From Octopus vulgaris (Eukaryota): 64,000 nucleotides of DNA. Where the stretch lies: positions 55,056,001-55,120,000 of the forward strand of contig OX597822.1 of the NCBI GenBank assembly GCA_951406725.2, read 5' to 3'. Shown here piece by piece: positions 54,201-64,000 of this stretch; position 1 is the stretch's first letter; every line of letters begins with the position of its first letter. The notes under the pieces are model-generated. The model searched no databases and was not told the DNA's origin. It saw nothing but the letters and a program-made list of their open reading frames with translations. The position numbers and the translations under genes are program-made.

Positions 54201-56217
54201 ACACTCACATACATACACATTCACTCACATGTATACACTCACACAAACACACACACACATACACATGTATGTGTGCAAAGTTGTTTGCAGATGAATTGTA
54301 GAAAACTCTCCCTAAATATATTAGACATTAAAGCTGTTGCTTGGCCAAATTGTCTGTATGATTGTAATGTAGTGAAATCTATTCTAAAAGACAATTCTTT
54401 CTTAATAGCTGATGTCAGAGTTCCTGCTCCTGGAGAACGTTGCCAGCAGCTACAACCCAACTTTGAAATACATACTGATGAAAACAATCCTCCAAGTGAC
54501 AGCTTACCCCAGTGCAATGAATATGAAAGCATCCCTTTTAAGACCAAAGTCAATCGGGAGAATTGTAGAAATCCAGGACCTTGGCCACAAAATAAGGTAA
54601 TTTCGGCATTTTTGCAACAAAATACACGAGGATGTTGATTGTTGTTCTTAAAGACATTAGTTGCTTGAGTTGGTGTTTTACATACTGAAGTATTTAGTAA
54701 AATCTGTTTAAATAACAGCGTATTTCATTAGTTGTTTCTCTTTTCACTCATTTAAAATTTTTACTGTAAATTCTGTGTGATGCTACACCTTTAGGTTTTT
54801 AAAATTGGATCTTTACCTTTGACCTACAGATTTAAAAAATAATTTTTTGTAACTAAACACTTTCAAGTTTTGGACACTGGTAGAATGCATCATATAAAAC
54901 ATCTTTTACTCTTAGCATTTTTGAGAAAAACTTATATTTACGAAGTTATTTCACGTCAAAGTAATCCTATTATGGTAATTTCAACCAATCAATGACGTGT
55001 ATTCAGCTGAATAAAATTACTGCTGTTGTTTGTCAAAAACAACTTAAGGTGGTGTATTTTTCGTTTGTCACTGTTATTTATGACAACCCTAACCCTAAAA
55101 CCTAAAACCAGTACAAACACACGAACGATGCCATAAATAACAGTGACAAACGAAAAATACACCGCCGATAGTTGTTGTTGACAAACAACAGCAGTAATTT
55201 TATTCAGCTGAATACACGTCATTGATTGGTTGAAATTACCGAAATAGAACTACTTTGACGTGAAATTACTTCGTGATTATAAGCTTTTCTCAAAAATGCT
55301 AAGAGTGAAAGATGTTTTATATGACACATTCTACCAGTGTCCAAAGTTTGAAGGTGTTTAGTTACAAAAAATTATTTTTTAAATCTGTAGGTCAAAAAGT
55401 AAAGATCCTTAAAATTCATTTCTAGTTCTGTCTCATATTTGTTCAATATCTTTTTTGTCTTTTAGTAATTAAAATTATTCTTTCGCCATGCTCTCATATT
55501 ATGCACTTTATTTCTAATGCATGATATGCAGTGAACTGTAATTGTTAAAGAATGAGTTATGTGGTGATTCCATCTTAAAAATTTAATAACTGTAGAGAGT
55601 TAGGAAGTTATTTTTTTTAATGAGAGTTAAGAGTATAATCTTTTATTCTTTTATTGATTTCAACTATTGGGCTCTGGCCTTGCTGGAGTACCACTATCTT
55701 CAAGAGGTTTAGTTAATTATATCAACTTCAATATTTATTTATTCGACCTCTGTGCAGTTTTCATTTACCAAATTCAGAAAGATATTAGTCAGTCCAAGGC
55801 TTCTGTTGAAGACACTTGGCCAAGATTACACACAGTGGTCATTTCTTAATTCCACTCAGAAATGGCTGCATCTAAAAATATCATTGATGGTAATATTAAA
55901 TCATGGAAAACTTTGTTATGTAAATTATACAATTAGTTTTCAATTTAGTTACCTTACTTGCAGCATCCTTCTTTTAGACTTTCTGAAACAGGACTGGTGG
56001 GCTGTTTCTGGATGAATTGAAATTTGGAGTTGGAATGCTGATGTTTTTTCATTAGCAACTAGTCAACATTGTTGATTCACTCCAACCATCTTTATGAATG
56101 CTGGCCAGGGCTCTGTGTCCTTTAGATATAAAAATGTCTGCCGTAGAACAAAGATCCTTAAAAGAGCAGTGATGGCTTTCACCAATGAGCAGATAGCAAT
56201 CATAGCCATGTTCCACA

Positions 56218-56250
<33 letters not shown>

Positions 56251-56940
56251 CATCATCATCATCATCATCGTTTAACGTCCGCTTTCCATGCTAGCATGGG
56301 TTGGACGGTTCAACTGGGGTCTGGCAAGCCCGAAGGCTGCACCAGGCCAGTCATATATATATATATAATGTGTGTGTGTGTGTTTATATCTTTTGATAAT
56401 ATATACCTACAGAAGATGTAAACATTGGCAAGAAAATTTATAAAGCCATACTTTTGTATCAAGGCCTTCAGGATATTGTGTCTGAGTTGCACAGACACTC
56501 CATCATTACTCTCATTCTTGTAAATACAATGAACTAGTGATCATGGCCCATTGAAAACTTGAAAGCAACAATATTTGTTCCAAGAATAAATGCATTTCTG
56601 TACCATTATACCTGGTTGTGAAAAAAGCAAAACAGATTGGGCTGACTTTACAACAGCATTATTAACGTTCTCACTTTTACTTAAATATGTGAATGTCTTA
56701 TTATAAACATTGTTGGCTGATGTGCAAAGTGGACAAACTATTTGAATGAGAATATGCTACCACTCTCATGTATTGTATTTTTTTTCTGTTTATTTCAGAT
56801 GACGCCAAAAAAATCATTTTCAGTAATCAAGACAGCCCCATTTGTTGTGCAGAATGATGGCACCGGATGTTTAGCGTACGTAATTGTTGGATGTCAGCTA
56901 AAGATTCTCTTCCTCCTCCCCTCTTTACTTTGAGTGTGTG

Positions 56941-56975
<35 letters not shown>

Positions 56976-59900
56976 GGGCCATGTTGATCTTAGTTATCAC
57001 TCTCCTCTCGGCCATGTTGTCTTGGATATACATATGTAAGAATACTGAGTACCCTTATGACTCTTCCCTATATTGCACATTCCTCTTATCTCAATTACTG
57101 ATACCTTTCATTTTGTAAATTTATTTCTTTAATACTTTGATATTTCAAATGATATTGATAAAATTTTGATTGTAATCTGAATGAATTGAATTAGCAAAAC
57201 AGATTAATATATATTTTTTTTTTTGTTCATTTAGGACCCCAAAACATGTACCTGAAATAGATAGTAAAGCATTAAGGTAAGTTCTGAGATTTTAAGCAGA
57301 AGTATTATCCACTCTAGTTTCTACATAGTTTGTTGAATTAAATTGGTTGGATGGCTGCAGACAGTCTAAGTAAATTGAATATTTGAATATTTTGTTAGAA
57401 AAACAACTGACTGAATATTTAGTGGTGAACTAGAGAACTGAAGATACTTTCAAAGTTGGTTGAGTTTAGTGGAATCTTAAAGTTGGTTTAAGTTTCAGAA
57501 AATAAAAAACTCTGTGTTTACATAACTCTGAACCAACCCCGCCTCCACAAACCATACACCTTAGTCTTTGAGATACAAATCTCTTAATTCTTACCTATAG
57601 TTTATTTCTGCTATTCAGGCTACATACTTCATTGGAACTTGCTCTTAAAGTGGTATCTGTGGTTTTGTAGATTCCACTCACTTTTCTCACTTGGATGCCA
57701 TCAACAAAGACTTCAAGTTACTTTGACATTTTCATTAGCACCATCTTGACTATTAAAAAGGAAAAAAAAAAGAACTTGATCAGAAATCTCTGCAGTTTAA
57801 TATTTTGACTTCTGGATGCCATTGAAGTGGAAAATAAATAAACATTACTTTAAACAACTATGGGTTGGTGACAGGAACAGTGTATATGGCTATAGTAAAT
57901 ATGCTACTACAAGTTTCAACTAACTCATGCCAGCCTGTAAAGATGGACATAAAACTGAACCAAATGAATTGACTGAAACACAGCACTTGATTAATTACCT
58001 CACGATTGTTTTGTTAGCTATATGTTTGTGTATTTTATTATGACATTGCTTAGATGGAGGGATGAGGTTGCTATATCTGCTCGGAACTGCAGATGGTAGT
58101 ACTGTGAACCCCTCTTGATTTGGTATATAATATAAATGCATTTACAATGCTCATGTTTTACGCCAGATGCTCTTCCAGTTGCCAATGTTACCTGTTTTAC
58201 AAGTGAAGGACTTCTAACTTTATTTGTTGAGTTCAAATTCCACTGAGGTTAACTTTGCCTTTCATTGTTTTGGGATCAATAAAGTATGTCAATTTCTGGG
58301 GTTGACTTAATTGACTGTATTTCAGTTCCTAAAACTACTGACCTTGTATGTATGGTAGAAACAATTATCACACTTTGGATAGCTTGAAAGAAAAAAATAT
58401 AAACACTAAGTTGATAATGATTTCAAATCCTGTGGAGTTGTCCATGTCCTTCTTCTGGACCCAATAATATGAAAACCCTAAAGCAATGAGCTTGCTGAAT
58501 CGTTTGGATACCAGGCAAAATGCTTAGTGGCGTTTCATGTCTTTACATTCTGAGTTCAAATTCTGTCAAGGTCGAATTTGCCAATCATCCTTTCAGGGTC
58601 AATAAAATAATTACCAGTTAACCGTTTCGTTACTATGTTTCTGACCAAAATACACCCCTCGTGAGTTTCAATTAAATTCTAAAATAATCATGAATTTAGA
58701 CTAGTTTCATTAAACAACTGTAACTTTTTTACTTATCAACATATTAATGTAATATTTGGAACATAATTGAAGAAAGGGTTCTTAATCAATTCTATTGCAT
58801 AATTTTTGTCTCAGTGACTAATTACAGGTAAATCCAGGTAAACTGAGCAAAATGTAAAAATATTTAAATTTTGTTTAAACATTACCATAGAAAATGAGTC
58901 ATCAGCTAATATTCAATTGGGTATGCAACACAATTTTGACAGAAGAATTGTGCACATCACTAGATTATCAGTTGAATTTAATGCACATAAGAACAGGTGT
59001 ACCACAAAGGTAAAATAAACTGAAATATTGTAATTTTTCTTTTGAAGAAAACTAGAAAATTAAAGACATCAACTAAATGAAATATACTCACATGCATACA
59101 TGAATACACAGGAACATATATGAGAAAGTTTTACAATAGAAATTAAATCAAAACTGGTCACTCACCTTACAGGTTGATTAAAATTACAGGTAAATCAAAA
59201 TAAAAAGTAAATCTAAGTAAATTTGAAAAATATTTATACAATCTAATCATACATATATACAATATTCACACAATATTTCTATCATGGAAAGTTGTAAAAC
59301 ATCTCACTCTTCATACTGCAACCTTGCTGAATGCATGTTGGAAAGATTTTTCAACTGACCGTCCACTGGGAGATTTTCTTTGTTAATGTAGACATTCACG
59401 GTACTGCCTTTTGCGACCCCCAATTTTTTCTAATTTATGTAGATTGGCTGAACTCAGAGGGATATCTCTCTGGCAGGCTTTGCTTTTCCTTCTTGCAGAT
59501 ATTTTTTTGGAGGAATAACTTGCCCTCAATTGCGTTGCTATATCTGCTCGGAACTGCAGATGGTTGCACCGCTTGCGAACCCCTCCTGATTTGGTATATA
59601 ATATAAATGCATTTACAATGCTCATGTTTACTATATACCAAACCAAGTATCGCCACCATTTATTATCCAGTCTACCAACCAGATAACAACTCAAATGAGA
59701 AACACTCCCACCTAATAGTTATGATCATGAACCAGTGTAAGAAATTAAAGGTAGTGAATGATAGAATCAGTGTAGTATTGAACAGATAGCCTTTTAGGAT
59801 TTAGTTAGTGTTTTTATGTTTTGAGTTCAGATCCTGCCAGGGATCAACATTTGTCCTTCCAGGATCGCTAGAATCCGGTAACAATTATTTACTGGAGTTG

Positions 59901-61792
59901 ATTTTTATAACATTTCCATCTCTTAAAATTTGTGACTATGAGCCAAATTTAGAAACTGTTATCAAAATTTTTATAATTTTTTAAAAAACTTTGTATTTCA
60001 GTGTTCAGAAAACCAAAAAAGAGCCTGTTACACCGATGGATGTAATTAATGCAGCAGCCAATGGAATTAAACAGATACCTATGTACTGTAAAGAGAAGGT
60101 GTACGCTGGAGTTGAGGAGTTTTCCTTTGAAGAAATTCGAGCTCTGCGCTGGAAACGGAGGCATGAAGAACAAATGTATCATTCTCTTGTTGGTGAGTTG
60201 TCTTTTACTTTGTGGATTGTGGCCATGCTGGGGCACTGCCTTGAAAGGTCTAGTTAAACAGATAGGCCCCAGTACTTATTTTTTAGTCTGGTACATATTC
60301 TTTTGGTCTCTTTTGCTGAACTGCTATGTTATGGGAGTGTAAACAAACTAACACCAATCATCAAGTAGAGTGGGTGAGGCAGACAAGCAGAAAGGATAGG
60401 CTGCCACACACTTTCTGTTCACCAAATTTACTCATAAAATGTTGGTCAGCCTGGGGCTATAGTGGAGGACATTTCCCTAAGGTGTTGTACAGTGAGATTG
60501 AACCTGAAATCTATGGTTGCAAAGTGAGCTTCTTGACCATATAGCCATGCCTGTACCTAAAGATTTCATCTTCATTATCATCATTTAATGTCTGCTTTCC
60601 ATGCTGGCATGGGTTGGATGGTTTGACTCAAAAATGGTAAGCTGCAGGGCTGTATCAGGTTCTGATCTGATTTGGCAAGGTTTCTATGGCTGGATGCCCT
60701 TCCTAATGCTAACCACTCTGCATGGGTGCCATTGATCTGGCATTGGCTTGACAGGGCTACACAAGCACAGTATATTGCCAAAGGTCTTGGTCACCTCTCA
60801 CTGCCTCCATGAGGCATAACTCTTGAACGGTGCTAGTTAGAGGACACTGGCATCCGTCATGACTACAATTTCACTCGGTTCAACAGGTTTTCACTAGCAC
60901 AAAATATTTGCCCAATGATTGAAAGGTGCTTTTAAGAAGTCAGTTATGCAACACTGGCATTGGTCACAACTACGATCTCACTTTGCTTGACAATTGCAGT
61001 CATACTGGAGCACCACCTTGAAAGATATTTTAGTTGAACAAATTGACCCCCAGAATTTTTTTTCTTTTAAGCTTAGTACTTATTCTATCAGTCTCTTTCG
61101 CTAAACCACCAAATTATGGGGGTGCAAACACACCAACACCAGTTGTCAAGCAGTGGTGGGGGACAAACACAGACACCCACTCATTTATATATGTATGACA
61201 GGCTTCTTTCAGTTTCCGTCTACTAAATCCATGCCCAAGGTTTTGGTTGACTTGAAGCTATAGTAGAAGACACTTGCTCAAGGTGTCATGCAGTGGGACT
61301 GAATCCGGAACCGTGTGGTGATGAACTTCCTACAATTTCCTTCTACCAGTTTCACTCCCAGTGTTACACAATAAATGAAATAAACCCCAAACTATGATGA
61401 TAAAATAAACTTAATCAGACAGCCTAATAATTTTCATTCAGTCAATTATACTAGCTTCCGTCGCAGACAAAAACTGACCTTGTGTCTTCTGAATAACAAA
61501 CAAATTTCATGGAACCTGAACATGATAGAGATAAAGAAGACACAAAGAAAAGCTTCTGATATGATTTCTGACTATTTTGCTAGCAAGTGCTACAAATGCT
61601 TTAGTTCTTATATGACAGTTCTATTTTCCCACGACTTATTTATTTTATATTGAATCTGGTGAGCAGTTGCAACATTAGTTATGTTTTCACATTTCTGAAG
61701 CAAGAGTAACAAAGGATTGTCAGTTAGAAAAAACAAATCCAACATGGTGTCATTTATTTGAAAGACCCAGTGCCGAAAGGGATGTGTGTGTT

Positions 61793-61829
<37 letters not shown>

Positions 61830-62568
61830 TCTTCATTTAACATCTATTTTCTATGCTGGCATGGGTTGGACAGTTTGACGGGAGCTGGCTGTACAGAAGA
61901 TTGCATCAGGCTTTACTGTCTGTTCTGCCATGGTTTTTATGGCTGGATGCCCTTTTTAACACCACCCACTCTTACAGAGTGGACTCAGTGCTTTTTACAT
62001 GGCACCAGCATCAACAAGGTCCATTTTAGCATGGTCTTTACAACTGGATACCCTTCTAAATGCTAAATCTAGGAATGGCAACCAGCTATAATGATTTCTC
62101 AAAGAAATCCATGCCTAACCCATGGTAGCAGAATAAAAATCAGTTTTGAACAAACAAATGAACAATATATATTTATATATATATCATCATCATCATCATA
62201 TATATATATATATATATATATAGATACACATATGCAGAGAGGCTTCTGCACAGTTTGTGTCTATCAGATTCTACTTGTAAAGCATTGATCAACAAGGCTC
62301 TTCTCAAAATGCCTTTTAGTGGTATGAAACTAGGATCCACATGATTTCAAGGTAACTTTTATAACAAGACATTTGTACTTTCATTCTTGAAGCAATTCTA
62401 ATCTAAACTGTAACTCTTAAGTGCCTTGTTATTTCTTTCATTTCTTATAGAAAAGAATAAAAAATTGAAAGAGGAACAGCAGCAGATCTTGTTGAAAAAT
62501 GAAGAACTGTTGATTCAACACCAGGTTTTGCAGAAATCATTGGATGAAAATGTGGAAATGAAACCAGT
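39878..62568 (+). CDS. BUB1: BUB1/BUB1B (MadBub) mitotic checkpoint protein, 5' part; exons 39878-39999, 46451-46510, 49234-49372, 50512-50708, 52502-52668, 54409-54596, 56799-56875, 57235-57276, 60002-60192, 62451-62568; probably continues beyond the window
   Basis: Ten GT-AG exons join in consistent phase. The product carries KEN1 (MEWELSKENVLP), the Mad3/Bub1 TPR domain (YQGNDPLDIWFRYITW; YKNDPRYVEIWVKF; GIGSQNAMFYESWA), ABBA (FEIHTDEN), a KEN2-like NRENCRNPGPW, LSVQK and GLEBS (MYCKEKVYAGVEEFSFEEIRA). No kinase domain is seen in the window. Confidence 0.96.
41065..41450 (-). mobile_element. Full-length tRNA-derived SINE; family copies at about 7520-7900, 37620-37920, 45300-45680, 48640-48980, 60200-60560, 61000-61320
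   Basis: Head ggcgcaggagtggctgtgtggtaag...ggttcagtccc; CORE-like cttgggcaagt; tail aaatgactgaaacaagtaaaaga. Confidence 0.85.
42765..44305 (+). mobile_element. 5'-truncated, frameshifted RTE-clade LINE
   Basis: PWELLYADD RT motif; Cys-rich insert (CTQCKLWTHKRC); VDSFRYLGD; RRLRWYGHVARM; 3' UTR ending ggacgttaaacgatgatgat. Confidence 0.92.
46451..46510 (+). CDS. BUB1: MadBub exon 2
   Basis: Acceptor ctttacag|G; QFEEELRTYQGNDPLDIWF; donor AG|gtttgt. Confidence 0.93.
46618..47693 (+). mobile_element. Internally deleted piggyBac element
   Basis: TTAA|CCCTTTCGTTAC...GTAACGAAAGGG|TTAA. ORF 46887-47324 is an acidic transposase N-terminus (LDYFFLLF...ETNRYA...WFPTTLNEIK). Confidence 0.92.
49234..49372 (+). 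CDS. BUB1: MadBub exon 3 (TPR)
   Basis: Acceptor tttttag|G; YITWMEETNPQGG...YKNDPRYVEIWVKF; donor gtaagt. Confidence 0.95.
50512..50708 (+). CDS. BUB1: MadBub exon 4 (TPR, GIG motif)
   Basis: ANLYDNPILLYEHMFGKGIGSQNAMFYESWA...AEPFNYLQRQH; donor TA|gtaagt. Confidence 0.95.
51575..51622 (+). ncRNA. Degenerate minimal hammerhead in a Penelope-like fragment
   Basis: CTGATGA-a-GGCTG(gagagtatat)CAGCC-GAAAC-AT-GTT; stem I pairs poorly. Confidence 0.5.
52502..52668 (+). CDS. BUB1: MadBub exon 5 (D-box-like RAAFMSL)
   Basis: Acceptor tttcag|T; EFQSRIILGQM...EGRAAFMSLK...PQPTK; donor A|gtaaat; phases match both neighbours. Confidence 0.88.
53434..53831 (-). mobile_element. Non-autonomous Helitron, termini like 2860-3496
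   Basis: ctagcagtatagcccagcgttgctcgggttt at one end and tttatatatataga at the other. Confidence 0.8.
54409..54596 (+). CDS. BUB1: MadBub exon 6 (ABBA1, KEN2-like)
   Basis: Acceptor ttaatag|CT; PNFEIHTDEN and NRENCRNPGPW; donor AAG|gtaatt. Confidence 0.92.
54807..55408. mobile_element. Palindromic MITE with 8-bp TSD
   Basis: GGATCTTTAC...GTAAAGATCC; TTAAAATT on both flanks; ~280-bp arms; central aaccctaaccctaa. Confidence 0.88.
56799..56875 (+). CDS. BUB1: MadBub exon 7 (degenerate ABBA2)
   Basis: Acceptor tatttcag|; MTPKKSFSVIKTAPFVVQNDGTGCL; donor GC|gtacgt; phase consistent. Confidence 0.82.
57235..57276 (+). CDS. BUB1: MadBub exon 8
   Basis: Acceptor catttag|G; TPKHVPEIDSKAL; donor AG|gtaagt; joins the next exon to give LSVQK. 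Confidence 0.85.
58622..59700 (-). mobile_element. piggyBac 3' fragment of the same family
   Basis: TTAA|CCGTTTCGTTAC end. Subterminal sequence is homologous to 47370-47693. Transposase C-terminus KWWRYLVWYIVNMSIVNAFILY...HLQFRADIA. Confidence 0.88.
60002..60192 (+). CDS. BUB1: MadBub exon 9 (GLEBS, Bub3-binding)
   Basis: IPMYCKEKVYAGVEEFSFEEIRALRW; acceptor tttcag|, donor G|gtgagt. Confidence 0.95.
62451..62568 (+). CDS. BUB1: MadBub exon 10 (coiled coil after GLEBS)
   Basis: Acceptor ttcttatag|AA; KNKKLKEEQQQILLKNEELLIQHQVLQKSLDENVEMKP; donor gtaagg at 62569 (read-through gives TAA at 62570-62572). Confidence 0.82.
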
Positions 62569-64000
62569 GTAAGGACAGAATACTTAAAATATTAGCAGCT
62601 ATTTCTGTTTCTATTAGTACTTTAACTTGAAGGATCAGACAAGCTGTTGAACAGTGAAGGGATGCAAACCGCATAGCTGTCTTGTTTTGGCTGAATCCCT
62701 GAACTTTCACTCACTGTGTCGGTACAGTTCACTGTAAGGCACCATACATATTGATGCAACATACCACAATAAGATATCATGTGTTAGTACAACCTGCCAT
62801 TTAAAGTACCATGTTTGTTGGTACATTAAAATGGTACCTTACATTCCCCACTGTAAGGTACTATATGTCTTGGTATAGCTTATCACAGTATGGTACCATT
62901 TTATTGGGGTAGTTTACTACAATAGAGTCTGTCAGTACTGTCACCATGGGGGAACCTCTGTCCAGTTGCTCAGTCAACAAGAAATAGAAGTCAGATTTCG
63001 GAGTCACATCCTACTTACTACCTTATAAAAGATGCATTGGATAGTGTTGTTCAATGTACACTATGCTTTAAACATTGGATCCTGTTAAATTGTCAAACCC
63101 ATTCCAGTATCAAATATGGATGTCAAATGATAATAATCACTGGCTTAGTTATGACGCTCAATCGAAAATAATTCCCTTTACATCTTGTACCAATGTCTAC
63201 AGAACTGTCTTCTGCTATGAATTTTTGTTCTCGTGTTTATGTAGGAAATTATCATTGTTGGAAAGCTTTTGATTATAAAGTCTATTCGACCAGGTTGGCA
63301 TAAAGCTAAAGAACAAGAGCACCCAGTGCATTAGCACAACCTATCATTGTCAGGTACAGAAACATTTGTTTTATCACCTTGCCAGGGTGAGTGCCCATGG
63401 AGTAATTAAGTATATCATATCCACCCTAGAGAATTTCACAGATACCTCTTGTGTTCATCATAAAGGTTCGACTTGATTTGAAAGAGAGTAGCTGTGAGTC
63501 TAGTTACTGGTCTATTAATCACTTGGTTGCAAAACCCATATCCTATTGCAAGTGATTCCCTTTGTTCAGTCCCCTGGATAAGGACACTGAATTCTACTTA
63601 TCTGTGCCTTACCTAAAGTATGATTGTTCTCCAGCTAAGTGAAGTTTCTTGTGATGAATTTGCATTGTATCCAGGAAAGTTGTGCTACCACTTCATTCTA
63701 ATGACATCAGACCTAAGTAGCAGCTCTGTGAATATATGAAATTTAGGAAACATTATTATTATGAAGATGGTGGAGTAGTGGATGAAATGCATTCTGGTAT
63801 TTAGTTACCAAGGTTCACAAAATATGATATAAAATAATAACTGGGGTCAATTAATTACCTTCTTAAATTTGTGCTGTGTTTTATCTTGTTTCTGTCATTA
63901 GACTGTTGTCATACTGGAGCACTGCTTTGAAGGAATTTTAGTCGAACAAATTGACCCTAGTAATTATTTTTAAAAGTCTGGTACTTATTCTATGGCTTTT

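Noticed and set aside
55085-55110. Interstitial telomere
   Set aside because: Only about two CCCTAA units, inside a MITE spacer.
62690-62930. Loose repeats of cactgtaaggtacca
   Set aside because: Degenerate minisatellite with no further structure seen.

Overview
AT-rich, microsatellite- and transposon-dense animal genomic DNA; the SINE/RTE repertoire suggests an octopus or other coleoid cephalopod (inference). Right half: the first 10 coding exons (39878-62568, +) of a BUB1/BUBR1 (MadBub) spindle-checkpoint gene, with KEN1, TPR, ABBA-'REN'-ABBA and GLEBS motifs and a CCAAT-CCAAT-CHR promoter. About 11.4 kb upstream and head-to-head lies a 271-aa ORF (27651-28466, -). Its residues 52-93 align without gaps to the CENP-A-binding Scm3 domain of HJURP/Scm3, making it a candidate mollusc centromeric-histone chaperone and the main find. 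Left half: ~12 kb (1750-13715) repeated almost identically after a 100-N gap, probably a false duplication. It contains a 2.9-kb foldback transposon with 1.3-kb arms and an 8-bp TSD. Also present are minimal hammerhead ribozymes in Penelope-like inverted repeats, Helitrons, piggyBac, mariner and RTE remnants, many SINEs, and scattered candidate exons of an unidentified minus-strand gene. All alignments were done by eye and reference sequences are recalled from memory.
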